Both the position numbers and the translations under genes were made by a program. Below the pieces are notes generated by a model that was not told where the DNA came from, ran no database searches, and was given only the letters and a program-made list of their open reading frames with translations. A stretch of DNA of 64,000 nt from a virus. Where the stretch lies: positions 224,001-288,000 of IMG/VR virus record IMGVR_UViG_3300045988_155520; one strand, given 5' to 3'. The stretch's first letter is position 1. Every line of letters starts with the position of its first letter. This document shows, piece after piece, positions 15,746 to 23,323 of the stretch.

Positions 15746-15777
15746 CAAAGATACTACTTTTATTTTAAACTGCCAAA
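15746..15777 (-). promoter_or_regulatory. Bacteroidota-type promoter of the ncRNA locus
   Basis: -7 TATCTTTG (15746-15753), -33 TTTG (15774-15777), 20-nt spacer. Confidence 0.7.
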
Positions 15778-15952
15778 TAAAATCATATAATTTTATATAC
15801 ATTAACTAAATTGATAAATAAGATAATTAATATAAACACTATTTAATACTATATTCCCAATTTTTTAAATTTTCAAAATTTTATAAAAAATTTTATTTTT
15901 TTTGTAAAAATGGACACCAAACAGTCCTTCCTGCACGTTTTCATCAATTTTC

Positions 15953-16167
15953 CTCCCTTGCAGTTACACTCCCTCGCAGACATACCTCAAAAGTCCTCCC
16001 TTGCAGTATATCTCTCCGAAAGTGTCCATTCAAGTTCCATTCCTTCCCCATTCCTCCCTTTCCCTACAAACTATATCATTCCACTATTCTCCCTTGCAGT
16101 TACACTTTCTTACAGTTGTCACTCATTCACATTTCCACTTGCTGTATATCTCCCTTTGCTGTTATAC
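15953..16167 (+). repeat. 17-bp iteron-like direct repeats in a pyrimidine-only strand
   Basis: CTCCCTTGCAGTTACAC at 15953 and 16089. Variants CTCCCTCGCAGACATAC (15969), CTCCCTTGCAGTATATC (15996), TCCACTTGCTGTATATC (16134), TCCCTTTGCTGTTATAC (16151). Three pairs are directly tandem with a 17-bp period. The plus strand is almost free of purine runs. Confidence 0.65.
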
Positions 16168-16541
16168 TTCTTTCCTATATATAATGACATATATAAAATC
16201 ATATATATTATTTCTATAATTTTATCTTATAATATCTCTATATCTCTATTCTTCTATAATATTTCAATATATCTATGTTTTTCTTTAATATTATATTTTC
16301 ATATCATGTATATATTTATCTATATTTCAATAACTCTATATTTCAGATAAGGATATTTCTATATAATATTATTTTTATCCTATCTTATTTCTTATTATAT
16401 CTCTATATAGTTAAAATTATTTCATAGTATATTTTTTCTTTCTTTTTATAGTTGGAAGGTAAGGATTTGTATTATGTACATATATGTTTATTTATAGTGG
16501 ATATATTAGTATTATATAGTTTATTCTTTCAATACTTTATT

Positions 16542-16772
16542 TTATCTATCTTTAGTTTCTTTATTCTTTCCAATTTGTTTTATTTCATCAAGTCGTTTTC
16601 TTCCTTCGTTTAAGACCTTATAATATGCCATAATTTCTTTATAAGACTTTTCATATTGTTCTTTGTTTTTAATATATTCCTTTTTGCTTTCTCTATAATC
16701 TCTTTCAGCGTTTGGACTAAGAAAAATGGGAGAATCATCATCTTTAAAATATCTTTCTTTAATATCTTTCAT
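16542..16772 (-). CDS. hypothetical protein, Lys/Glu-rich
   Basis: 76-aa ORF, the last gene of the long minus-strand block. Confidence 0.7.
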   Translation of the reverse strand: MKDIKERYFKDDDSPIFLSPNAERDYRESKKEYIKNKEQYEKSYKEIMAYYKVLNEGRKRLDEIKQIGKNKETKDR

Positions 16773-16820
16773 ACTTGATTTATTTTTATTTCAATTAAAT
16801 AAGTTATCTTCTTACATTTG

Positions 16821-16828
16821 CAAATATA
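16821..16828 (-). promoter_or_regulatory. -7 box
   Basis: TATATTTG on the minus strand, 49 nt upstream of ATG 16772. The -33 is only CTTG. Confidence 0.45.
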
Positions 16829-16896
16829 CATATAATATTTTATATTGGCAAGGATTTTTGTTTTATTATTAGATAGTTTGGTGATATATATATATA

Positions 16897-16941
16897 TAAA
16901 GAAAAGAGAGAACATGAATTATATTATATTCACATTCTCTC
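16897..16941 (-). terminator. rho-independent-like terminator
   Basis: Stem GAGAGAACATGAAT (16906-16919) pairs with ATTCACATTCTCTC (16928-16941): 12 of 14 bp. On the minus strand TTTTCTTTAT follows. Confidence 0.6.
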
Positions 16942-16985
16942 CTATATTAGAATAAGTATTTTCTTACATTATTTACTTTATTCAA

Positions 16986-17610
16986 TTACAAATGGTCAAA
17001 TCTTAAATGCAGACCTTTTGTTCGTTTCTCTGGTTCATGGTTATCCATATATTTAGAAAAATCTCTATGAACTTTACTTAACACATCTACTGTAGGGTGG
17101 TCAGGATTCGCTCTATTAACTCTTAATAAAATTGGATTATTATTACTATCAAAATAACAAGCAATCTCTCCTACGAAATCTCTCACATCGCTATCCTTTC
17201 TTTTTAGACCTGTTAATGTAAATTTGGTCACTAATCTACCGTCTTCTATCAAATCAAGAGAATCTGGCGTAATTGTTAAATTACATAAAAATAATGAAAT
17301 TTCATTATAAGTTAATCCTCGAATGCTTTCAATATTTTTAGAGTTATAGAATCCTTCACCTCTTATTGTTTCGTCATTAGACATGTCTTGTACAGTTGTC
17401 TTCACAGGTATATCTTCATTAGTAATATAGTTTCCATTTGAACCATTAATTAAAGAAGATTCAGAATAAGTATAGAACTTAAAATTTATATAGAATAGCT
17501 TATCTACTCCCCCCATTTTCTTTAACAAGTGCGACACGTAGTTGATTTAAATTCGTTTCTTTATCCTTGTTAAATTCTGTCATTGAATTAAAGATATTAA
17601 TGTATTTCAT
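16986..17610 (-). CDS. hypothetical protein, reading frame split at a G6 run
   Basis: ATG 17610 opens MKYINIFNSMTEFNKDKETNLNQLRVALVKENGGSR-stop (TAA right after the run). The 183-aa track ORF (16986-17537) continues in the +1 frame from the same G6 (C6 on plus, 17509-17514). Losing one G gives ...VKENGGVDKLFYINFKF... C-terminal GLKRKDSDVRDFVGEIACYFD is paralogous to 17647-17937. Confidence 0.55.
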
Positions 17611-17641
17611 AATATTTGTTTATATTTTTTTAATGTTATTT

Positions 17642-17649
17642 CAAATTTA
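17642..17649 (-). promoter_or_regulatory. candidate -7 box
   Basis: TAAATTTG on the minus strand, 32 nt upstream of ATG 17610. It overlaps the stop of the upstream gene. Confidence 0.35.
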
Positions 17650-17937
17650 GAACTTTGATACTGATTTATATAATTTAGTTCTGTAATCAGGCAGATATGT
17701 ATCATTATATTTGGAAAATGAATCTATTTCTACCCTCCCCCCTTGTGCCTTTTTAAGAACAAATGGTTGTTTATTTTTATCGCAATAACAAGCAATTTGA
17801 CCTATATAATCTCTTTGACCATTATCTTTTCTTTTTAGACCGTCAAATGAAAAGATTGTTGTTAATTTTTCTTCTTGATTATATTGAAGAACAAATATAT
17901 TTCCATTAGCATCAACAAATGTTGTTATTTGTTCCAC
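17647..17937 (-). CDS. hypothetical protein, possibly 5'-truncated paralog of 16986-17610
   Basis: 96 aa from a GTG start. The frame is open upstream to TAA near 17994 and encodes a further motif copy (VVFNFDGLRSKEDKSIRDC) without any ATG. Contains FSFDGLKRKDNGQRDYIGQIACYCD and an in-frame G6 (17737-17742). Confidence 0.5.
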   Translation of the reverse strand: MEQITTFVDANGNIFVLQYNQEEKLTTIFSFDGLKRKDNGQRDYIGQIACYCDKNKQPFVLKKAQGGRVEIDSFSKYNDTYLPDYRTKLYKSVSKF

Positions 17938-18091
17938 ACAATCTCTTATACTCTTATCTTCCTTACTTCTAAGTCCATCAAAATTAAATACAACTTATCT
18001 AACAGATTTGTGTTATAAGTGGTTACAAGCGATTCTAAAGTATATCTATCAAGAATATTAGAATATATATAAAAAGTTAGGTATATTATAA

Positions 18092-18127
18092 ATAAAAACT
18101 GGAGAGAACTTGATTATTCTCTCCAGT
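18092..18127 (-). terminator. rho-independent-like terminator
   Basis: Perfect 11-bp stem ACTGGAGAGAA (18098-18108) / TTCTCTCCAGT (18117-18127). On the minus strand TTTTTATTT follows. Confidence 0.75.
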
Positions 18128-18138
18128 TTACCTATTAA

Positions 18139-18573
18139 TTAGTGATAATATTTTTTCAATCCTGTAAGAAGATAATGTATTGTATCAGTTATCAGGCATG
18201 TATTTCTTTGCAAATAAATATCAATATATTCATTCAGTGGCATTATGGGATACTCCATTTGCCACCTTTTAAGAAGATGCCATGTGAAGTCTGCCAATGC
18301 AAAATTTTCAGAAGATGTTTTTGAAAAAACGAAATTAACGTTTAACCATTCCAATGCTTGAAATGCTACATCAAAATATTTACTGACTTGTATCCATAAT
18401 TCTTCACTAACAAAGCAATCGACCTTACGTTTAATCTTTGCATCTCCATAATGCACGGATACAATAATTTTACCAACATCGTCTTTGATATCTGATAGTT
18501 TATATGTGAAGCGAGTTGGTAAATTTGGAACTTCTTCATGTCCTGTTATTGCAAATGTAAATTTACGTTTCAT
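18139..18573 (-). CDS. hypothetical protein
   Basis: 144-aa ORF whose start overlaps the stop of the upstream gene. Confidence 0.8.
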   Translation of the reverse strand: MKRKFTFAITGHEEVPNLPTRFTYKLSDIKDDVGKIIVSVHYGDAKIKRKVDCFVSEELWIQVSKYFDVAFQALEWLNVNFVFSKTSSENFALADFTWHLLKRWQMEYPIMPLNEYIDIYLQRNTCLITDTIHYLLTGLKKYYH

Positions 18574-19370
18574 TATATTGTTTTTGCTGTTTGAATTAAA
18601 TCATATATTGCAGAAAAACTGTGTTCCAATTCTTTTTCAATTAAATACATTGAATCATCAATACTAACTGATTCCCAACACATATAATAAGACTTCTCCA
18701 AACCTACTTTTAATGCTGCTCTAAAGAAATCATAAAAAGCTGACATTTCGCTATTTTTTGTCTTGTGAAAAATTTTAAAAGACTTTGTATGTCTTTCTTT
18801 ATCGTCAGAGTCTTTCAATACATATACATAATTAACATTTACAAAATTATCTTCTGAATAAAATGAACATGTAAGAAATCTTATGGTAAAGAACTTCATA
18901 TCACTAACATTTTCATCTACCGTAATTCCAATTGTATACGGAGATAAAGTTGATGAGTCTTCGTCTTCGTCCTCTTCCATTATCTTTTCTTCTAAGATGC
19001 GTGCATATTCTTTAAAGAAAGCGGACTCAAATTCTTGTTGAATAAAATAGTGGAAAAGAAAATCTTCATCACGTTTGAAATGAGGTAATAATGCTTTAAT
19101 ATTTTTTTCAACTTCTTTAGCAACACTTTCAAAAGATGGAAGAATAATATTATAAGCCATTTCTGATTGATTTTCAAATACTTTAACTTCTTCCTTTTCT
19201 AACAAATCTTCTTGTGTATATTCATCAGCAGTCCATGTATAGCCGACTTCAATACACTTCTTAGCTGGATTCAAGAAGCACATCATTTTATTCACATACA
19301 TATCTCCAAGATAAATTCCATCTTGAAAGAGGCATGCATTGATAGGATATTTTTCATTTTTTCCTTCCAT
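18573..19370 (-). CDS. hypothetical protein (tandem paralog family)
   Basis: 265 aa. The N-terminus MEGKNEKYPINACLFQDGIYLGDMYVNKMMC parallels MKEKEINYPTNIQVFKDGLNLGDLCLTKMNC of 19387-20172. Confidence 0.85.
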   Translation of the reverse strand: MEGKNEKYPINACLFQDGIYLGDMYVNKMMCFLNPAKKCIEVGYTWTADEYTQEDLLEKEEVKVFENQSEMAYNIILPSFESVAKEVEKNIKALLPHFKRDEDFLFHYFIQQEFESAFFKEYARILEEKIMEEDEDEDSSTLSPYTIGITVDENVSDMKFFTIRFLTCSFYSEDNFVNVNYVYVLKDSDDKERHTKSFKIFHKTKNSEMSAFYDFFRAALKVGLEKSYYMCWESVSIDDSMYLIEKELEHSFSAIYDLIQTAKTI

Positions 19371-19386
19371 ATTATTTACAATTTAA

Positions 19387-20172
19387 TTATTTACTTAATT
19401 CTTTGAAGACTTGAATATGTGCGTAAGTAACTAAGAAACTTTTATTAAGTTCTTCTGTTATTGCGTCTTCTTCACTACAATATTGTCTAACATAATTCCA
19501 TTCATGTTTAGCATTATTTAGACCAGCAAATACAGCTAATTTAAAAATTGGATAATAGTCTATGATATCTCCAACATTATTATCTTTAAGAACTCTAAGT
19601 GTCGTTGAATATATAAAATCAGTAGAATACTCACCTGTATATTTGTATCTATATTTTACTAATAGAGTATTACTTAACGCATCAAAAAAACAACTTAAAT
19701 GAATGATTGAAATTTTTTCAAAATCCACCTTGTTATCTTCGTTAATAACATCGAGTACTATAGAATCTTCATCTATATTTTCAGTTACATTTTCTTTTTG
19801 AATGTGTGCAATAGTTTTATAGAAACACTGTTCAAAAGTTTCTTTAATTGTACATAAAGCTATGTCGACATCCATATCCACACCTTTAAGAGAAATACTT
19901 TTCATAATCATTAAGCCTTCCGCTTCTTTAACAGCATTTTCAAAAATCGCTAAAATTATTTCAAATGTATCTTCGTCTTCATCTTTTAGAATATGGAAAG
20001 TTTCAGTCCATTTGGAATTGTCATCTTTATAATTATATTTCATCTTAAGTACTATACGCTTAAGTGGGATATCAATTTTACAGTTCATTTTTGTGAGACA
20101 TAAATCCCCCAAATTTAAACCATCTTTAAACACTTGAATATTTGTTGGATAGTTTATTTCTTTTTCCTTCAT
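19387..20172 (-). CDS. hypothetical protein (tandem paralog family)
   Basis: 261 aa, a clear paralog of 18573-19370. Confidence 0.85.
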   Translation of the reverse strand: MKEKEINYPTNIQVFKDGLNLGDLCLTKMNCKIDIPLKRIVLKMKYNYKDDNSKWTETFHILKDEDEDTFEIILAIFENAVKEAEGLMIMKSISLKGVDMDVDIALCTIKETFEQCFYKTIAHIQKENVTENIDEDSIVLDVINEDNKVDFEKISIIHLSCFFDALSNTLLVKYRYKYTGEYSTDFIYSTTLRVLKDNNVGDIIDYYPIFKLAVFAGLNNAKHEWNYVRQYCSEEDAITEELNKSFLVTYAHIQVFKELSK

Positions 20173-21002
20173 AAGTTTTGATAAACTAATTTTATTTGTG
20201 AAACAATATTTTTTATATATTCTTTATTAACATTCTTTTCATCAAAGTTTTCTTCAGAAATAATAGAAGGAATTTTCTTAAATAAATCCAAAGCATAGAT
20301 TGATTTCATACCAACTGGATATCGTAAAATATAGTCATTGAATTTTTGTAAAAGAAAATTTATTTTATCTTCGTCCTCTATCCATTGTTCAGTAGTATAT
20401 TCCCATAAAGTATATGTATAAACTTCTTTGTAGATTGTATCATCTTCCGATGTAGTTGTGATACGCAATACGACCGTTCCATTATCTTCATCAATTGGCT
20501 CGTAAGTATAAGATACTTGGATAACATCTTCAGAACAATATTTCCATTTACATCTATCAACATAATATGTAAATTGTTTAACAAGACTCATTTTCTTATA
20601 AACAGATTTAAATAATTCACCCTCGTTATAGTTGGTAAGTATAAATGCTTTATAAGCCAATGCAAGTTTATCTTCAAATATTTGTTTAATTGTTTTTTCA
20701 ACAACGTTAATATCTGTTACATTTTTTAATGATTTTATGCAAACTTTTTTAGCATCATCAAGAACATAAGGAAGATAAGAAGTTGTATTATAACTATCTC
20801 CAATAGTATATTCAACAAATATCATTTCGTCTACGACTTTCACTTCTTCTCCATTAATATCACTGTATTCATAAATTAGATGATATGTGTTATATGCCAT
20901 GCTTGATTCACATTTCATTGAATGAATGGTAATGGAACCAAATTGACTTGGCTCTGTAATTAGTTGTACTACATTCGGGCTTATTCTGTTTGAAATTTCC
21001 AT
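20169..21002 (-). CDS. hypothetical protein
   Basis: 277 aa with a 4-nt start/stop overlap to its neighbour. Similar size and composition to the two downstream genes. Confidence 0.85.
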   Translation of the reverse strand: MEISNRISPNVVQLITEPSQFGSITIHSMKCESSMAYNTYHLIYEYSDINGEEVKVVDEMIFVEYTIGDSYNTTSYLPYVLDDAKKVCIKSLKNVTDINVVEKTIKQIFEDKLALAYKAFILTNYNEGELFKSVYKKMSLVKQFTYYVDRCKWKYCSEDVIQVSYTYEPIDEDNGTVVLRITTTSEDDTIYKEVYTYTLWEYTTEQWIEDEDKINFLLQKFNDYILRYPVGMKSIYALDLFKKIPSIISEENFDEKNVNKEYIKNIVSQIKLVYQNL

Positions 21003-21016
21003 ATTCTTTTATATTA

Positions 21017-21493
21017 TTACATATCTCTTTCACTAAAATAGTTTATCATTTCATCATATAGGGCAAGTTGCATTTCCGTGCAAGGAATAGATAACAGAGT
21101 AAACTTTCGAAAAAGAAATAAATCTTCGCTAAAAGAATTACAAGATATGTCCCAATTAAAGAATATATTGACAGCAAAATGTAATAAATCTGACAAATCA
21201 TTGATGTTAATCTTAGTTTTATTACAAAGATAAAAGTTATCAATACAGTCGAGTAAAAGAGGAAGTTTATCCTCTATTTCAATCCAGAGATATAGATTCA
21301 ATTCATCAATAACTTCTTCATTGATAGTAGACATTTCATCATCTTTAGAAAATGAATCCACACGCATAACAACGTTACCATACTCTTCAATAACGTCAGA
21401 AAGTTCGATATAACAACTAATCATTTTAATATCATTATGACCATCCATTGTTACACCATAAGAAAAATTATTTATATCTTTACAATAGTCCAT
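21017..21493 (-). CDS. hypothetical protein
   Basis: The track ORF extends to 21670, but promoter 21517-21548 lies inside that extension. First ATG after the promoter is 21493 (MDYCKDINNFSYG...). Confidence 0.75.
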   Translation of the reverse strand: MDYCKDINNFSYGVTMDGHNDIKMISCYIELSDVIEEYGNVVMRVDSFSKDDEMSTINEEVIDELNLYLWIEIEDKLPLLLDCIDNFYLCNKTKININDLSDLLHFAVNIFFNWDISCNSFSEDLFLFRKFTLLSIPCTEMQLALYDEMINYFSERDM

Positions 21494-21516
21494 ATCATGT
21501 ATATTTTTATTTGGTG

Positions 21517-21548
21517 CAAAGATAGCAAAAAATACTTTACCATACAAA
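21517..21548 (-). promoter_or_regulatory. Bacteroidota-type promoter
   Basis: -7 TATCTTTG (21517-21524), -33 TTTG (21545-21548), 20-nt spacer. Confidence 0.7.
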
Positions 21549-21626
21549 TAATAAAAGTTAAAAAAACAAAAGAGAGAAGCGACATTATTCATCACTTCTC
21601 TCTTTAATTTATAAAAAATATTTTTT

Positions 21627-21815
21627 GAATAACATGTTTCGTGAATACGCCGATAGTTGTTCGTTAACAAATCCTAACAATAGTGTCAGCCTTGTTACTA
21701 ATCATCCACAGGTATCTCAACCTGCAGCGGAGCTATCTCTCATCGCCCGTATTAAGATGTTACGGGCACCATTAAGGTCTCTATGGACCTTAATTCCATC
21801 ATACATAAACCACTC
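21627..21815 (-). ncRNA. omega-RNA-like 3' tail of tnpB (scaffold 21650 to about 21815, candidate guide 21627-21649)
   Basis: Block duplicated at 1843 to about 2010. Hairpins GCCCGTA (21745-21751) / TACGGGC (21761-21767) and CAGG (21709-21712) / CCTG (21721-24). Conservation ends abruptly at 21650. Confidence 0.5.
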
Positions 21816-23066
21816 TTTTCCACCCAAGTTAGTCATTAACTCACCAGTAAAGCTATTGGTCTTGCTTGTGTATGACTCATTTTGTTCTACATACGCCACA
21901 CCGCACTCCTTGCACTTTTGCTTCAATCTCTCCTTAAACTCAAAGAATCGAAGGGATAGCATAGAGCGTACAATACTCTTACGTAGCTTCCTACCTTTCT
22001 TCGTCATTCCTTTTACCTCGAAAGGAGGGAATACTACGACAGAAAAATTGTGCACAAGGTAGTTTATACACTGCCAGTGCAATTCATCAACCAAGTCTTG
22101 TATTCTGTGGTACGTCCTATTAAGCGTGCGCTTCAGTTTACCTTTCTTCTTCTTATCCTTTGTTAATGCCAACCTGCTTAGCAGGTGGTCACGCTTAAGG
22201 TTAAGTGTTAGTATTCTGTCAAAGGCGTGTACACCAAGCCATCCAAATCGTCCATCTTCACTGAAGTAGGTAAGGAAATTCCTAACCCCAGGGTCTAAGG
22301 CAACAATACCACCTTGGCTTTCGGTCGGCATGGTTGTTATCTTCTGAGGTACGGAAAGATACCATCTTCCGTGGTCATAAATGAGACGACAATCACAGAT
22401 GTCATTTTTAAAAAACTCTCTTTCAGAGAACTTGAGTTTACCACTGATAGTGCGGTAAATTCCACTTGTTGACACAGCGGATTTAGGAATGTAACAACTC
22501 TGAACAGGGTTTTTACGAGTCTTATAATGCAACTTAAATGGTTTACCAGACTTCTTTGTTTTATTGCAGTTTGTCCACCATGAAGTGTAAGCGTCCTTTA
22601 CTGCAATCTTCTTTATCTGATATGGCACAGATTTAATATAGCTTTCAGTAAATTCAGCTAAGATTGTAGTACTCATTTTCATCCACCCTTTAATTTCAAT
22701 TTCTTTGCCGTTAAAGTGTTTAATGCAAGTATTGTACACCTTTCTTTCAACGCCAAACCACTGCTTAAAGAGTTGCTTTTGCTGTTGTGATGGATAAATC
22801 CTTATCCGTCTTGCCTTCGTCACTATAGTTCCTGGGTCTATGCATTCTTTATGTAAATGTATAAAGAGTTGCAAATAAGTATTCTGTGGGTTATTATTCT
22901 TAGATGTGACTTGTTTTGTAGAAAACCATGGTTTAACATTCATTGCACAGGAAGTGTTATCACATTCTGACATAGCACATTCTATGTCTTTGTGTGACAA
23001 CAAGTGTGAACTAATGCTTTTACATAAATCATCATAAAAAGTCTTATGGTCTTCCTGTACAGTCAT
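21650..23066 (-). mobile_element. TnpB-only IS200/IS605-superfamily-like element; left-end boundary unresolved
   Basis: tnpB without a tnpA. The right-end position is inferred from the homology break with the orphan copy. No terminal structures identified upstream of 23066. Confidence 0.35.
21717..23066 (-). CDS. tnpB: TnpB-family RuvC nuclease lacking the zinc ribbon
   Basis: 449 aa. Motifs: RIRIYPSQQQKQLFKQWFGVERKVYN, GIVALDPGVRNF (RuvC-I D), VVFPPFEVKGM (RuvC-II E), NESYTSKT, VHRDLNGARNILIRA (RuvC-III D). No Cys between YTSKT and HRD. The first about 95 residues are an extension carrying 5 Cys and 5 His within the first 75 residues. Confidence 0.85.
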   Translation of the reverse strand: MTVQEDHKTFYDDLCKSISSHLLSHKDIECAMSECDNTSCAMNVKPWFSTKQVTSKNNNPQNTYLQLFIHLHKECIDPGTIVTKARRIRIYPSQQQKQLFKQWFGVERKVYNTCIKHFNGKEIEIKGWMKMSTTILAEFTESYIKSVPYQIKKIAVKDAYTSWWTNCNKTKKSGKPFKLHYKTRKNPVQSCYIPKSAVSTSGIYRTISGKLKFSEREFFKNDICDCRLIYDHGRWYLSVPQKITTMPTESQGGIVALDPGVRNFLTYFSEDGRFGWLGVHAFDRILTLNLKRDHLLSRLALTKDKKKKGKLKRTLNRTYHRIQDLVDELHWQCINYLVHNFSVVVFPPFEVKGMTKKGRKLRKSIVRSMLSLRFFEFKERLKQKCKECGVAYVEQNESYTSKTNSFTGELMTNLGGKEWFMYDGIKVHRDLNGARNILIRAMRDSSAAG

Positions 23067-23323
23067 TATTTTTTATTTCTCTATTTAAAATATAATAAAA
23101 CCATAGGCTTTATCAAGTTATTATAAAAAATTATTAGTAACTGAAGAATAGTTAATACGCCTCAATTTTATATATTTTTGTATTTATATATGTATATTAT
23201 AATATATTGATTATCAGATAGTTACAATATCTAAATAATTAACATTTATGATAACAGAACTTAATGAGGGCCGTGCGTTGATACGTATGTTTATTTGCTA
23301 AAATATCACATCATTTCATGTAT

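Noticed and set aside
15953-16167. The direct repeats might have been a CRISPR array or mini-array associated with the TnpB/Cas12-like genes.
   Set aside because: The repeats are 17 bp, degenerate, often directly tandem without spacers, and irregularly spaced otherwise. There are no unique spacer-sized intervals, and the region is 5.5 kb or more from either nuclease gene.
15910-16350. Track ORFs 15910-16350 and 16001-16219 (146 and 72 aa).
   Set aside because: They translate the pyrimidine-only repeat and AT-rich tract into low-complexity S/L/P/F/Y/I strings. They have no promoter or start context, and two frames are open simultaneously, which is typical of compositional artefacts.
17737-17742. 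A fourth G6 run as another frameshift site.
   Set aside because: It lies in frame inside ORF 17647-17937 (KKAQGGRVEID), with no second open frame around it. It is noted only as a potentially slippery site.
21494-21670. The N-terminal 59 codons of track ORF 21017-21670 (MLTNNYRRIHETCYSKN...).
   Set aside because: This stretch contains a full promoter (21517-21548) and the conserved TnpB tail. Its peptide is low-complexity. The real start is taken as ATG 21493.
21625-22062. Plus-strand ORF (145 aa) antisense to tnpB, and similar antisense or alternative-frame ORFs throughout (for example 914-1132, 3549-3743, 6889-7071, 23594-24057, 37049-37300, 47554-48168, 62124-62865).
   Set aside because: They are embedded in longer, motif-bearing ORFs on the other strand or frame. 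They are low-complexity or repeat-mirroring (the LRR antisense frames), and none has a promoter or start context.
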